Below, piece by piece: positions 17,773-28,485 of a DNA stretch of 64,000 nucleotides; position 1 is the first letter of the stretch; every line of letters starts with the position of its first letter. Under the pieces are notes generated by a model. The model made no database searches and was not told the origin of the DNA. It saw only the letters and a program-made list of their open reading frames with translations. The position numbers were made by a program, and so were the translations under genes. The stretch is from Alphaproteobacteria bacterium. Its GTDB lineage: Bacteria > Pseudomonadota > Alphaproteobacteria > UBA9219 > RGZA01. Location: NCBI GenBank assembly GCA_021732145.1, contig JAKFVN010000016.1:8457-72456 (forward strand). Direction: 5' to 3'.

Positions 17773-19632
17773 ATGAGCAAGCTTATCCATAGCAGCGAAG
17801 ATCCGGTTGAAAGCTTTAAACGTGCCAGCGTGGCGACGGCGAAAACGCTTGCCGGCGAACCGGATATGGATGTGGTGTTTTCAACCGACCCATCCACCAC
17901 CCTTTCGTCTGCACCGCAAAAAGGCACCAAGCAGCGCGTTCGCTTGCCGCTTCCGTCCCGCGCGCTTTCGGCGCATGACCGCGCCCTTGTTCGCGGTTCC
18001 GTGGATGCTGCGGGTTTGCGCATGCGCTTTCACGATGCAAAGGCATTTAAACGTCATGCACCTGCGGGCGATAATGCGCGGCTTGTGTATGAAGCATTGG
18101 AACAGGCACGCTGCGAAGCCATCGGCGCAAAAGCGATGCCCGGCATTGGCAATAATCTTGGCGCGGTGTTATCCGACCGCGCAAAACGCCAAGGCTATGA
18201 CCACGCAACCGAACGCGCGCAAATTCCTATTTCCGATGTAATGCGCTTATTGGCGCGTGAAGCATTATATGGCGCGGAAATTCCGCAAAACGCATTGCAG
18301 GCGGTGCAATTGTGGCGGCCCTGGATTGAACAGCGCATTGGCAATCATTTAGGTGAGCTTCCCAAATTACTGAACGATGCCGATGCGTACGCGCAAGAAG
18401 TGCGCAAGCTGCTGGTTGCGATGAATATGGATTTCCCGGGAAGCCCGGATGAAGAAAGCGAAGGCGATGACCGCCCGCACGAAGTTGACCCGCAGGAAGA
18501 TAAAAAAGAACAGGAACAAGCCGAAGGCGGCGCGGAAAGCCAAGACCAATTGCCCAAAGACGCGGAACAGCAAGCCGCAAAGGAAGCGCGCGACATTGGC
18601 GAAGGCGATGAAGGCGAAGAGAAACCCGTAAGCGGCAAAGAAGAAGCGGAGAGCGAAAGCGAAGATGAAGAAGTTCGCGAACCGCCAAGCGCAGCACAAG
18701 CGCAAGCGCTCACGGTTTATAATGCCTTCACCACGCAGTTTGATGAAGTAAAGCATGCATCCGATTTATGTCCGGCGGACGAGCTATCGCGCCTTCGTTT
18801 GCAGCTGGATACTCAGGTTCGGCATTATCAGGGGCTTGTTTCAAAACTTGCCAATCGTTTGCAGCGCAAATTGTTGGCGCAGCAAATGCGCAGTTGGGAT
18901 TTTGACCGCGAGGAAGGCATGCTGGATGTGGCACGCCTTGCGCGCGTCGTGGCTGCACCGGGCGTTCCGCTTTCCTACAAAATCGAAAAGGACACGCAGT
19001 TCCGCGATACGGTTGTGACGCTGCTGATTGACAATTCGGGTTCGATGCGTGGCCGGCCCATCAGCATCGCCGCAATTACCGCTGATATTCTGGCGCGCAC
19101 CTTGGAACGCTGCGCGGTAAAGGTCGAAGTGCTTGGCTTTACCACTTCCACTTGGAAGGGCGGTAAATCGCGCGAGACATGGCTCAAATCAGGCAAACCA
19201 CCGCATCCCGGTCGTCTCAATGATTTACGGCACATTATTTATAAAGCTGCCGATGCGCCCTTGCGCCGTTGTCGCCGCAATCTGGGTTTGATGCTGCGCG
19301 AAGGGTTATTGAAAGAAAACATTGATGGCGAAGCGTTACTTTGGGCGCATACACGTTTGCTGGCACGGCACGAAGACCGCCGAATTTTAATTGTGATTTC
19401 AGACGGCGCGCCGGTTGATGATTCAACCCTATCATCCAACCCATCCGTTTATCTCGAACAGCATTTGCGCGAAGTGATTACCAAAATTGAAGCCACATCA
19501 CCCGTTCAACTTTTGGCCATCGGTATCGGGCATGACGTGACGCGTTATTACAAACGTGCCGTCACGATTACCGATGTCGAGCAATTGGGCGGCACCGTGA
19601 TGAACGAATTAGCCGATTTATTTGATGAATAA
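17773..19632 (+). CDS. cobT: CobT-like protein (vWA domain, acidic central region)
   Basis: N-terminal CobT region, acidic Glu/Asp-rich linker (~res 225-300), C-terminal vWA domain ([16 protein letters not shown] motif, [13 protein letters not shown]). Confidence 0.85.
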   Translation: MSKLIHSSEDPVESFKRASVATAKTLAGEPDMDVVFSTDPSTTLSSAPQKGTKQRVRLPLPSRALSAHDRALVRGSVDAAGLRMRFHDAKAFKRHAPAGDNARLVYEALEQARCEAIGAKAMPGIGNNLGAVLSDRAKRQGYDHATERAQIPISDVMRLLAREALYGAEIPQNALQAVQLWRPWIEQRIGNHLGELPKLLNDADAYAQEVRKLLVAMNMDFPGSPDEESEGDDRPHEVDPQEDKKEQEQAEGGAESQDQLPKDAEQQAAKEARDIGEGDEGEEKPVSGKEEAESESEDEEVREPPSAAQAQALTVYNAFTTQFDEVKHASDLCPADELSRLRLQLDTQVRHYQGLVSKLANRLQRKLLAQQMRSWDFDREEGMLDVARLARVVAAPGVPLSYKIEKDTQFRDTVVTLLIDNSGSMRGRPISIAAITADILARTLERCAVKVEVLGFTTSTWKGGKSRETWLKSGKPPHPGRLNDLRHIIYKAADAPLRRCRRNLGLMLREGLLKENIDGEALLWAHTRLLARHEDRRILIVISDGAPVDDSTLSSNPSVYLEQHLREVITKIEATSPVQLLAIGIGHDVTRYYKRAVTITDVEQLGGTVMNELADLFDE

Positions 19633-19646
19633 TCACACTTAAATTA

Positions 19647-20762
19647 CTATGGCGGCAGCGCTGGGCCTGTGCGCCGTCTATCCAGCTGCGGCTCTCGCGG
19701 CGCATTCGCATCAAGCGGATTGGGCAAGGTCTTCGGGTCAACGCCCGCTGCTTTTAAAACATCAACAATAGTTGTTGTGAGTGGCCGGTTCACAGGGCCA
19801 AATCCATTGGGCTGATTATTTTGCCATAACTGCACACCGCGCCATTCACCGCCGGTGGTGTGATGCGCATGCGCCGCTGTAATGCCGCCCGACACATGCA
19901 ATTCGCGGTTATAGGTTCCGCTGGTTTGAATGCCCCTATCGCGGCCATTGCGCAGGCCTTCCAGATTATATTGCGATGCATTGAGTATGCCAGCTGGGCC
20001 CGTTAATTGAACGAAGGTGCCATTGTCAATTCGTTCTTCGCCAATCACGCGGGTAAGTTTAATATCGTCTATCTGCCCCGGCTGGAAACGGCTGGCGCGT
20101 AAAATCGCCTGCTTTTCTGCTTCGGGCATGGGCGCTGATGTGATGGTACGCGTTGTTACCGAACGGTTGAGCGTTGTGCCCGGCACGGTTGGCCCCGTTA
20201 CGCCTTTATCCAATGCATCGCGCGTGGTTGACATGATATTTTCAAACACATCACCAACACCGTTCAGTGAACGCTCGGCTTCACGGTCTTTGCCATCAGG
20301 CCCTTTGGGCCCTAACACCAATGCCTGATTCCAATCACCATCATTGGCTTGCAAGCGAACTTCCCTGCCATCCGCTTTGCGAATGGTCATATTGGAAAAG
20401 CCAATTCTGTTATAAAACACATTGTCGCTGGCATTTGCGGTTTGTGCGCGAAATCCTTCCAGCATCATCGTATCCCCGTTGGGGTACCTTAATTCTATTC
20501 GAACATTGCGGTCTCTGCCCGGGTTGTTGGCTGCATTCGGAACAGCGCCGTTTGGAAAATCACGCACATGTTCGCGAATGGTCATTCCGTTTGGTGTCAT
20601 GCCAGCTGGCGGCGCGATAATGCCTGCGGCGCGAAGTTGTTCCGCCAGCGGCCCTGCCTGCGCATAAATCTGGTCAACCCATTCGCGCGGAACACCTTGC
20701 GCTGGCAAATTCCGCGTGCTGGTGCGCTCTGTGATGACGGTTGCGTTTACCTGGTCGGCCAC
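19647..20762 (-). CDS. Hypothetical protein (371 aa)
   Basis: Long ORF, no signal peptide. I recognise no domain. Its stop is 14 nt from the cobT stop (convergent). Confidence 0.5.
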   Translation of the reverse strand: MADQVNATVITERTSTRNLPAQGVPREWVDQIYAQAGPLAEQLRAAGIIAPPAGMTPNGMTIREHVRDFPNGAVPNAANNPGRDRNVRIELRYPNGDTMMLEGFRAQTANASDNVFYNRIGFSNMTIRKADGREVRLQANDGDWNQALVLGPKGPDGKDREAERSLNGVGDVFENIMSTTRDALDKGVTGPTVPGTTLNRSVTTRTITSAPMPEAEKQAILRASRFQPGQIDDIKLTRVIGEERIDNGTFVQLTGPAGILNASQYNLEGLRNGRDRGIQTSGTYNRELHVSGGITAAHAHHTTGGEWRGVQLWQNNQPNGFGPVNRPLTTTIVDVLKAAGVDPKTLPNPLDANAPREPQLDRRRTGPALPP

Positions 20763-20799
20763 TTTATTGCCTGCTCAAAAAAATAAGCTCTTAAAAATC

Positions 20800-21663
20800 T
20801 TACGCCGCTTTAATAATGCGGTTGCGGCCTTCGCGCTTGGCCTTGTACAGCGCCTGGTCGGAAAGCTGTAACAGTTCATCCATGGTTTTCTTTTCATCCA
20901 CCATCACATGGCCGAAGGATGCGGTCACGTGCAATGGCGTGCCATCGGGGGCCTTTAATTCTGCGCGTTGAATGGCAGCGCGCAAACGCTCCAGCACTTT
21001 TTCTGCGCCATCATTATCAAGACCCTTTAAAATCAGAAGGAATTCCTCGCCGCCCAGGCGATACGCATCATCATAGGTGCGGATATGGCGCAAAAGCGTA
21101 TTCGCAACGCCCACCAATACGCGGTCGCCGGTATCATGACCATAGGTGTCATTCACATTCTTGAAATGATCGATATCCACCATCGCCAGCGTGAATGGTG
21201 TTTTGGCGTTCATGTAACGGTTCATCTCGCGGTTAAAGTCTTCCTGCAATCCCGTGCGCGTGCGCAAACCGGTGAGCGGGTCAAGCCCCGCAGCCGCTTC
21301 GCTGAATGCGCGTTCAAGGCGGCGCACCGATGTCACGAATTCATCAAAGCGCGACAGCACGCGTTCATAATCCTGAATAGGCAGCGCTTCACCATCGGGC
21401 GCGCGCAATAGAACAAGCTTCGCGGCGGTGTGCAATTGCTCGTGCAGTTCGGCAAGACGGTTTAAAATCGGGCCCTGATTTGGCAGCGCGAAGGTTGCGC
21501 GGTCATGCCATTGCAAAAAGGAATTCGGCATCTTCGCATCATCTGCTTTTGCCGCGCGGTCAACGCCGCCATAAAACGCCACCTGATGCCATTGCGATAG
21601 CCATGCAATATGGTCATCCACCACTTTGCCAAGGCCTTGAACGATGCGGGTACTGGCTTCCAT
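20800..21663 (-). CDS. Diguanylate cyclase (GGDEF) with N-terminal helical sensor domain
   Basis: DPLTGLRTRTGL, DIDHFKNVNDTYGHDTGD, RLGGEEFLLIL (GGEEF active site). The N-terminal ~120 aa are helical (DHIAWLSQWHQ..., CZB-like but without the Cys). Confidence 0.85.
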   Translation of the reverse strand: MEASTRIVQGLGKVVDDHIAWLSQWHQVAFYGGVDRAAKADDAKMPNSFLQWHDRATFALPNQGPILNRLAELHEQLHTAAKLVLLRAPDGEALPIQDYERVLSRFDEFVTSVRRLERAFSEAAAGLDPLTGLRTRTGLQEDFNREMNRYMNAKTPFTLAMVDIDHFKNVNDTYGHDTGDRVLVGVANTLLRHIRTYDDAYRLGGEEFLLILKGLDNDGAEKVLERLRAAIQRAELKAPDGTPLHVTASFGHVMVDEKKTMDELLQLSDQALYKAKREGRNRIIKAA

Positions 21664-21931
21664 AGTAACTTCCTTGGGGGAAATGCAGGGGTGAGAGCCA
21701 TGAGCCTAATCCCGAACCTGTTAGAGATTGGTAAAAGGGCCGAATTCGCGTGGTTTAGCCCTGATTTGTCAATATAAGACATTGAAATATAATAACTAAA
21801 TAATTCCACATGGCTTATTGATCCAACCGCCCCTAGGCTCCGTATACTAGTTAGTCAAGTAGCAGTGCCCATGACGGGGCTGCGCCACTAAACCCTCGAT
21901 GCTTCCAAGAAGATCAATAGGAGAAAGTCCC

Positions 21932-22870
21932 ATGGCTCATTTCGACGATAATCTAACCCGTGCTGACAATTTGCGTTTCATTCGCGGCGCCATGCAGTCG
22001 CCGATGCTCGAAAAAATAAACGAATTTGAACTCGCCGTTGCATGGCGCGAAAAGGGGGATGAAAAAGCCCTCCATAAACTTATCAAATCCTATGCGCGTT
22101 TGGTCGTGGCGATTGCCGCGAAGTTCCGCGCCTATGGTCTGCCGATGGGCGATTTGATGCAGGAAGGTCATATTGGTCTTCTCCATGCCGCCAACCGGTT
22201 TGACACATCACGCGATGTGCGCTTTTCAACCTATGCGACATGGTGGATCCGGGCATCCGTACAAGACTATGTGCTTCGCAACTGGTCCATCGTGCGCACC
22301 GGCACCACCGCAGGTCAAAAAGCATTGTTCTTCAACTTGCGCCGCTTGCGTGCACGCATTGAAGGCAAAGCAGCCCGCGAAGGCAATCTTGACCCCATTA
22401 TGCTCTCACCTGAAACCAAGTCGGAAATTGCCGGCGCATTAAAGGTGAACGTGCATGATGTGGAAGTGATGGATGCGCGCCTTTCAGGCCATGACCAGTC
22501 ATTGAATGCACTCGTGCATGATGATGGCAGCCATGATTTTCAGGACTTCTTGGTGGATGACAGCCCCAACCCTGAAGAACTGATCATGGCCCGCCATGAT
22601 GGTGATGTACGCCATACATGGCTTGGCGTTGCGATGCGCCAGCTTGATGAACGCGAACGCCGCATCATCCGTGACCGTCACTTGCGCGATGAAGCAGCAA
22701 CGCTGGAAGACTTAGGCAAAAAGCTTGGCATCAGCAAAGAACGGGTACGCCAGCTTGAAACACGGGCGATGGCAAAGCTCAAAAACCTGATGCACACACA
22801 AGCAGAAGATGGGCAAGCAGATAGTGCAGTTGCCGCTCCGGCGAAACAGCTCGAATCAGCGGCTGCGTAA
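21932..22870 (+). CDS. rpoH: RNA polymerase sigma-32 factor
   Basis: QEGHIGLLHAANRFD, FSTYATWWIRASVQDYVLRNWSIVR, RpoH box TTAGQKALFFNLRRLR, region 4 LGISKERVRQLE. AGGAGA SD 7 nt before the ATG at 21932. Confidence 0.9.
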   Translation: MAHFDDNLTRADNLRFIRGAMQSPMLEKINEFELAVAWREKGDEKALHKLIKSYARLVVAIAAKFRAYGLPMGDLMQEGHIGLLHAANRFDTSRDVRFSTYATWWIRASVQDYVLRNWSIVRTGTTAGQKALFFNLRRLRARIEGKAAREGNLDPIMLSPETKSEIAGALKVNVHDVEVMDARLSGHDQSLNALVHDDGSHDFQDFLVDDSPNPEELIMARHDGDVRHTWLGVAMRQLDERERRIIRDRHLRDEAATLEDLGKKLGISKERVRQLETRAMAKLKNLMHTQAEDGQADSAVAAPAKQLESAAA

Positions 22871-22896
22871 GCATAACTTAAAGACACTTGGGTTTT

Positions 22897-22930
22897 AGCG
22901 CCATGCGGAATAGTATTTCTGCATGGCGCT
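22897..22930 (+). promoter_or_regulatory. Perfect 10-bp inverted repeat spanning the FkbM-methyltransferase start codon
   Basis: AGCGCCATGC (22897-22906) / GCATGGCGCT (22921-22930), 14-nt loop. The right arm contains the ATG at 22923. It lies 27 nt after the rpoH stop. Confidence 0.5.
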
Positions 22931-23855
22931 TATCCAATCTGATGAATATTCCGACGACTTAAAAAAGCTCTCCGCCACGATACCGCCGGGCAAGACCTTG
23001 GTGCGCACGCGCCACGGCTATTTCCTTGTGCTCAATCACGACATTCTCATCAGCATGTCGCTGATGAAATATGGCGAGCTTTCCGAATATGAATGGGATG
23101 TGATGAAGCCCTTCATCAAGCCGGAAATGGTGGTGGTTGATGCGGGCTCCCACCTTGGCACTTACCTGGTTCCCTTTGCGCGCCGCGTGGGGCCAAAGGG
23201 CAAGGTGATTGGGTTCGAGCCGCAACCCGTCATTCATGAATCCCTGATGACCGCAATTATGCTCAACAAGGTTGAACATAACACGCAGGTTTATCATTGC
23301 TGCATTGGCAATTCGAATGAAGAACTGGTGATTGACGAGCCTGATTATAATCAGGTCGGTCAATTCGCGGGTCTTACCTTTGCTGAAAAAGGCTATAACG
23401 AAGCGCGAATGTCGGGAAAGAAGCTGAAAACCAAGGTTGTCCGCCTTGATGATATTTTCAAAGAACCGCGCTTTGACTTTATAAAAATAGATGTCGAAGG
23501 CATGGAACGCGATGTGCTGCTGGGCGGAGCCGAGAGTATAAAAAAATTCAAGCCCGTCATGTTCATTGAAAATTGCCGCCGCAGCAAATCACCTGAACTC
23601 ATGCAAACCATTTTTGATTTGGGTTACCGCGCATGGTGGCATACGGGCCGTTTCTATCGCCCTGATAATTTTAACAAAAGCACCGAAAACGTGTTCGGCC
23701 AGCGCTGCAATACCAATGTGATATGCGTGCCAAAGGAACGCGGCGATAGCGAAGTGCCAAAGGGTTTAATCGAATGCACCGATATTCATCACAATGTGAT
23801 TGATGAAAACGGCCAGATTACGCCCAGCATTCCGGATTATGAGCCGCGCATCTAA
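22923..23855 (+). CDS. FkbM-family methyltransferase
   Basis: VVVDAGSHLGTYLVPFA...VIGFEPQP...FDFIKIDVEGMERDVL fits the FkbM (TIGR01444-type) pattern. Confidence 0.75.
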   Translation: MALIQSDEYSDDLKKLSATIPPGKTLVRTRHGYFLVLNHDILISMSLMKYGELSEYEWDVMKPFIKPEMVVVDAGSHLGTYLVPFARRVGPKGKVIGFEPQPVIHESLMTAIMLNKVEHNTQVYHCCIGNSNEELVIDEPDYNQVGQFAGLTFAEKGYNEARMSGKKLKTKVVRLDDIFKEPRFDFIKIDVEGMERDVLLGGAESIKKFKPVMFIENCRRSKSPELMQTIFDLGYRAWWHTGRFYRPDNFNKSTENVFGQRCNTNVICVPKERGDSEVPKGLIECTDIHHNVIDENGQITPSIPDYEPRI

Positions 23856-23857
23856 AA

Positions 23858-25468
23858 TTAATGTCTAAAGTGACGGATGCCTGTAAATACCATCGCCAAT
23901 CCGGCGTTGTCGGCAGCGGCAATCACTTCATCATCACGCACGCTGCCGCCTGGTTGAATAATGGCGCTTGCGCCTGCTTCGGCGGCGGCCAACAGGCCAT
24001 CCGCGAAGGGGAAGAATGCATCGGAAGCAACGACGCAGCCCTTGGTGAGGGGTTCAGCGAGACCTGCTGCCTTGGCTGCTTCGCCCGCTTTCCATGCGGC
24101 GATGCGCGATGAATCCACGCGGCTCATTTGCCCTGCGCCCACACCAACCGTGGCTTCGTTCTTTGCATACACAATCGCGTTTGATTTCACATGCTTGCCA
24201 ACGCGGAAGGCGAACAGCATATCGCGCACTTCATCATCCGATGGTTTGCGCTTGGTCACTACTTTCAATGTTTCTGCCGTTACATGACCATCATCGCGGT
24301 TTTGCACCAGCAAACCGCCAGCGATGGAACGCAAAGTTGCGCCGCCGCGCTTCGCATTTGCCATGCCATGCGTCAAAAGCAAACGCAGGTTTTTCTTGGC
24401 GGCAATAATTTTCTTGGCTTCTTCATCGGCTTCTGGCGCGATAATCACTTCCGTGAAAAGTTCGGAAATGGCTGTGGCCGTGGCTGCATCCAGTTTACCA
24501 TTAATCGCAATTACGCCGCCAAAGGCGCTAACGGGGTCGCAGGCCAGCGCGGTTTTATAAGCAGTCACATAATCCTTGGCACTGGCAACACCGCACGGGT
24601 TTGCGTGTTTGATAATCGCAACGGTTGGTTTTGAAAATTCAGATGCCAGTTCAAACGCTGCATCCGCATCATTGTAATTATTGTAGCTGAGTTCTTTGCC
24701 TTGAACCTGCTCTGCGCGTGCAACGCATGGCTCGGCCTTGCGGGATAGATAGACCGCGCCTTTTTGGTGCGGGTTTTCGCCGTAACGCAACATTTGCTTG
24801 CGCGTGAATCCAAAAGTAATCGTTTCAGGATATTCATCGCCCAACTGGCCAGCAAACCAGGTTGATACCATGCTATCGTACGCTGCTGTGTGCGTGAACG
24901 CTTCAAAGGCGCAGCGCTTTCTAAAATCCAGACCAATTGCGCCATTGTTCTTTTTCAATTCATCGAGCAGCCCTGCGTATTGGCTTGGGCTGGTCAGCAC
25001 CGTCACGAAATCATGATTTTTTGCAGCCGCGCGAATAAGCGCAGGCCCGCCAATATCAATGTTTTCAATGGATGTAGCAAAATCCGCGCCCTTATCAATC
25101 GTGGCTGCAAACGGGTATAAATTCACAATCACGATGTCGATGGGCGGAATGGAATGTTCGGTTGCCTGAAACTGGTGCTGCGAATTGGTACGCACCTGCA
25201 AAATGCCACCATGAATTTTGGGGTGAAGTGTTTTAACGCGGCCATCCATCATTTCGGGAAAGCCCGTAAATGTCCCAACTTCCGTCAGCATGATGCCTTC
25301 GGCTTCCAATGCTTTGGCGGAACCGCCGGTTGATAGAATTTCAACGCCCACCGCACGTAATGCTTTTGCGGTTTCAATCAGTTGCGTTTTATCGGAAACG
25401 GAAATTAACGCGCGGACGGGCTTAACTAAATCTGGCGCAGGGATCGTGGAAACAGCATGGAGCGACAT
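23858..25468 (-). CDS. purH: Bifunctional AICAR transformylase / IMP cyclohydrolase
   Basis: [74 protein letters not shown]. Confidence 0.95.
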   Translation of the reverse strand: MSLHAVSTIPAPDLVKPVRALISVSDKTQLIETAKALRAVGVEILSTGGSAKALEAEGIMLTEVGTFTGFPEMMDGRVKTLHPKIHGGILQVRTNSQHQFQATEHSIPPIDIVIVNLYPFAATIDKGADFATSIENIDIGGPALIRAAAKNHDFVTVLTSPSQYAGLLDELKKNNGAIGLDFRKRCAFEAFTHTAAYDSMVSTWFAGQLGDEYPETITFGFTRKQMLRYGENPHQKGAVYLSRKAEPCVARAEQVQGKELSYNNYNDADAAFELASEFSKPTVAIIKHANPCGVASAKDYVTAYKTALACDPVSAFGGVIAINGKLDAATATAISELFTEVIIAPEADEEAKKIIAAKKNLRLLLTHGMANAKRGGATLRSIAGGLLVQNRDDGHVTAETLKVVTKRKPSDDEVRDMLFAFRVGKHVKSNAIVYAKNEATVGVGAGQMSRVDSSRIAAWKAGEAAKAAGLAEPLTKGCVVASDAFFPFADGLLAAAEAGASAIIQPGGSVRDDEVIAAADNAGLAMVFTGIRHFRH

Positions 25469-25494
25469 GAATAAACGGCCTTCTTAATATGTAA

Positions 25495-25537
25495 GCATTT
25501 TCAGGAAAAGTGGGCACCGGTTTTCCGTAGAAAATGC
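25495..25537 (-). promoter_or_regulatory. Nested hairpin in the purH leader
   Basis: GCATTTTC/GAAAATGC outer arms (25495-25502 / 25530-25537) and GGAAAA/TTTTCC inner arms around GTGGGCACCGG. It lies 27 nt upstream of the purH ATG on the minus strand. Confidence 0.5.
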
Positions 25538-25975
25538 GATAACAACAAAACTTGAGGCCTAGAGATTTAAAGAAGTTTTCCTTAACTCTCAAGGGATGCG
25601 CAAAGCCCCCTGTTTTGCTGCATCTGCGGGCTATGCCCTTGCTGCAATACCCGGAAAAATCCTATAAATAATGGATGAGAAGCGGCTTGCGATTTACAGC
25701 ATTAACAATGGCTACATTATCCGCCAGCGCCATCGGCATTGGCCCTGCGGGTGTTGTCAGCCCATGCACGCAAGCGCGCGCAGAATTAGCAGTCGCCGAA
25801 AAAGCGGTGATTGATACAAGCCATGAAATCATCGCGGCACCCAAACGCAAGCTAGCCACCGCCCTTTACGAGCACCGCGTAGCGCGCAGCACGGAATTAA
25901 GGGCGCATCAAGCGGTCATTAAAACCTGCCCTTAACATTTCATAACAAATGATTATTTGGTTTTGCCTTCGCGGA

Positions 25976-26395
25976 TTAACCCGGGGCCGGCCTCTTTGCC
26001 CATTCCTGCCGGTACATTTCATCGCGCTGCCTAACCGCTTCAAAATTTTCAGCGCGGTTAGCAGTAATATTGGCTTGCAATGTTTGAAGCGCTTGGGGCG
26101 ATATATTCAGCGTTTTCACAAAATCTTCGTTAGCCAATATATTCAAAATGTTTCCTTGGATACCCATCGCCCGGTAAGCATTGCTGAAACCTGTTGCTCC
26201 AGGACGACTGCGGTCACTGGTATCAAGCGGCTTGCCGTCTTGTCCCAGCACTTTTCCTTCCGGTGAAATAGTATAAACCGCTGGCGGCGTTTGACCGCCA
26301 TCGCGAAGGTTTTTGGGCCTCATGGTGATGACCAGATTTCCATCTTTCATTTCACCGGTGATAGCGTTTGTAGCAAAGGGGTTCGGGCCGCTCAT
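25976..26395 (-). CDS. Hypothetical protein (139 aa)
   Basis: More protein-like composition than the overlapping plus-strand ORF. I recognise no domain. Confidence 0.45.
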   Translation of the reverse strand: MSGPNPFATNAITGEMKDGNLVITMRPKNLRDGGQTPPAVYTISPEGKVLGQDGKPLDTSDRSRPGATGFSNAYRAMGIQGNILNILANEDFVKTLNISPQALQTLQANITANRAENFEAVRQRDEMYRQEWAKRPAPG

Positions 26396-26472
26396 GTGTT
26401 ATCCTTTGTGTTATATCTGCAAAGCATACCCGTCCGGTATTAGCACCGACTTAATTGTTTATTAACTTTGTC

Positions 26473-28191
26473 TTACTTTTTGCCTTCGCGGATGAGCGAC
26501 CACAGCCATTTCGTATCGCCGGGATTGGTAATACCGCGCACCACAATCTGACGGCCGGGGCGCGCATAGGTCTTTCCGTAATACAATGTTTCATCAAGCG
26601 ATAGCATCTGCGCTTCGCCATGCGCGTTTTCGCAGCGGAAGCGATAACCATTGCCGCCCGGCATTTTTATCAGCACCGCTTTGCCATTTTGGATAAGGCT
26701 GGTTTGCACGAGCGGATGCAAATGGAAACGAAGGGTAATGTTCTTTCCCTCTTTTCCTGAAACCTTGTCTTCGCCGCGCAGCACATCGCCTTCGTTCATC
26801 AATGTCAGTATGCGCTGGTGAATGAGCTGTTCGCCCGCCACATAGCCATCATGGGTTACCACCACATGCTGCTGCCCTTTGGTATCTTCGCGCAGGCATT
26901 CAATGCTGTCAGGGCGCGCACCAATGCCGCCATTTGCCAATACTTCGCAATTGTTTTTATCATCCACGTTTAACGTGGTATGTGCAGCCGTTGCTGCCAT
27001 CGCTGCGTACCAATCATCATTATCGTGGCCGGGATGCGCGCCGCAATTCACGAATAACCGCTCGCGCCCGATGCTGCATTCAAAACTGGAAAGTCCGGCA
27101 TGTGCCGCACTATCCAACCCCGTTGATGGCGGCGCGCCAACATCTACGAATACCAGCATGCGGCCCAGCGATAAGCGTTCATACCCGCCCTGCACCAAAG
27201 ATTTTGGCGCGCGGCCGCGCGTATCGGCCTGCGTCAGCAATGCTTCCAGCATCACAGGATTTTCTTCCTGCGCGCCGTTAAACAAACATAGCGCGCCATC
27301 GCCGTGGCGATAAAAACGCAACGCCGCTGCCGCGCGTTCAATCGCGATGGGCAGCTCAGGCGGCATGCTTGCCTTGTGGGGAATTTTTCCGCATTTCAGC
27401 GCATGGCGTATATCGACAAGGCATTTCAGCGCAATCATCTGCTGCGTCGGGTTGCGTTCGGCATTACTGCCATCCGCCAATATCGCGTGGCGCAGCGCGA
27501 TGGGCATAATTTCCAAACCGAGCTTCAGCGCTTTATCGCCATCAGGGAATGCAACGCCCGCAAAAATCAACCCGCGCAATACCAAAATCAGTTCAACGCC
27601 CTGCAATTGCGCGGCGGCTGGCAAATTCACATTGTTCAGTTTTTCTGGTGCGTCTTCATCTTCCTGCATCACATAACCGGCAACTGCGCGCGGCAGCAGG
27701 CGCAGCAGGTGCTTATGATGGCGCACCAGACATTCAAATACGCGCATACGGAACGGCGTATCGGCGCTGGCCAGCACGAAATCATGCATGGCAATAAGGT
27801 GCGTGAGGCGAAGCGCCACCAGATGCGGTTCCCACACATAGGGTGACCATTGCTCGAACCTGTCGAGCCATGATGCCATCAGGCTGCGGGCAACGCGCCG
27901 CGCAGTATCACCACCCAATGAACGCAAATCGCGCAGCCATTCAAAGCCATGAACCGTTGTCAGCCATGCGGTGTTGGCTTTTTCAGGAAGCCATTGCGGT
28001 GGATGCGCCGAAAAACTTTGGCCAGCAAAACTAAACTTGCCATCGACGATGCTTTCGCCAATTGCGCTATCGCCCGGCCAGGGGTCGGATGGCACCACTT
28101 CCAGCGCCTTGGGTACGGGCCCGGAAATCATCATGCGGTAAAGCGAACTTGCATAGGCAAGGCTTTGCAGCCGGTGACGCATCCGCGTCAT
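26473..28191 (-). CDS. Heparinase II/III-like family protein
   Basis: DPWPGD..G..I..GKFSFAGQ N-terminal pattern, HLVALRLTHLI, C-terminal HAGLSSFE...HTTL region. Adjacency to purH is a common alphaproteobacterial arrangement. Start uncertain (28191, 28182 or 28338). Confidence 0.7.
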   Translation of the reverse strand: MTRMRHRLQSLAYASSLYRMMISGPVPKALEVVPSDPWPGDSAIGESIVDGKFSFAGQSFSAHPPQWLPEKANTAWLTTVHGFEWLRDLRSLGGDTARRVARSLMASWLDRFEQWSPYVWEPHLVALRLTHLIAMHDFVLASADTPFRMRVFECLVRHHKHLLRLLPRAVAGYVMQEDEDAPEKLNNVNLPAAAQLQGVELILVLRGLIFAGVAFPDGDKALKLGLEIMPIALRHAILADGSNAERNPTQQMIALKCLVDIRHALKCGKIPHKASMPPELPIAIERAAAALRFYRHGDGALCLFNGAQEENPVMLEALLTQADTRGRAPKSLVQGGYERLSLGRMLVFVDVGAPPSTGLDSAAHAGLSSFECSIGRERLFVNCGAHPGHDNDDWYAAMAATAAHTTLNVDDKNNCEVLANGGIGARPDSIECLREDTKGQQHVVVTHDGYVAGEQLIHQRILTLMNEGDVLRGEDKVSGKEGKNITLRFHLHPLVQTSLIQNGKAVLIKMPGGNGYRFRCENAHGEAQMLSLDETLYYGKTYARPGRQIVVRGITNPGDTKWLWSLIREGKK

Positions 28192-28485
28192 CAGGTCAAA
28201 TTCAGGCGGCAGCGATGTTGCAATGACGTTGGACAAAATAAATTCGCTTAAAACTGGAATTGCCAAATTGAAACTGGATGCCCTTATCGATAGCGTAAAG
28301 ATTGCAACTAAATCGTTAAGAAAACGGGGCCTGCTCATCTTTTTCGCAAGTAAATGCGCGGTTTGGCAGATGCGAAGTGTTAATAACAGCACAGTTCTGT
28401 GTTTCAGTTACATCGATGCGACCTTTTGCCATCTGCCATCTTTATGCGGCAAAGCGCATGATGCGTTCATCATCAAAGGTGATTT

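Noticed and set aside
18440-18700. Acidic low-complexity stretch with several overlapping antisense ORFs; a possible separate gene or repeat.
   Set aside because: It is the normal Glu/Asp-rich linker of CobT-family proteins. The antisense ORFs are artefacts of GAA/GAT-rich coding.
25469-25660. Possible ZTP (pfl) or purine riboswitch in the purH leader.
   Set aside because: Reading the minus strand, I find none of the conserved ZTP elements (for example the CCGCCUGGGC-type 3' module) and no purine-riboswitch junction motifs. Only the short nested hairpin is present.
25675-25935. 86-aa plus-strand ORF with a hydrophobic N-terminus (and an overlapping 65-aa minus-strand ORF) in the purH upstream region.
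   Set aside because: It is short, has no convincing SD and no recognisable motif, and neither strand is clearly coding. I left it unannotated rather than call a gene.
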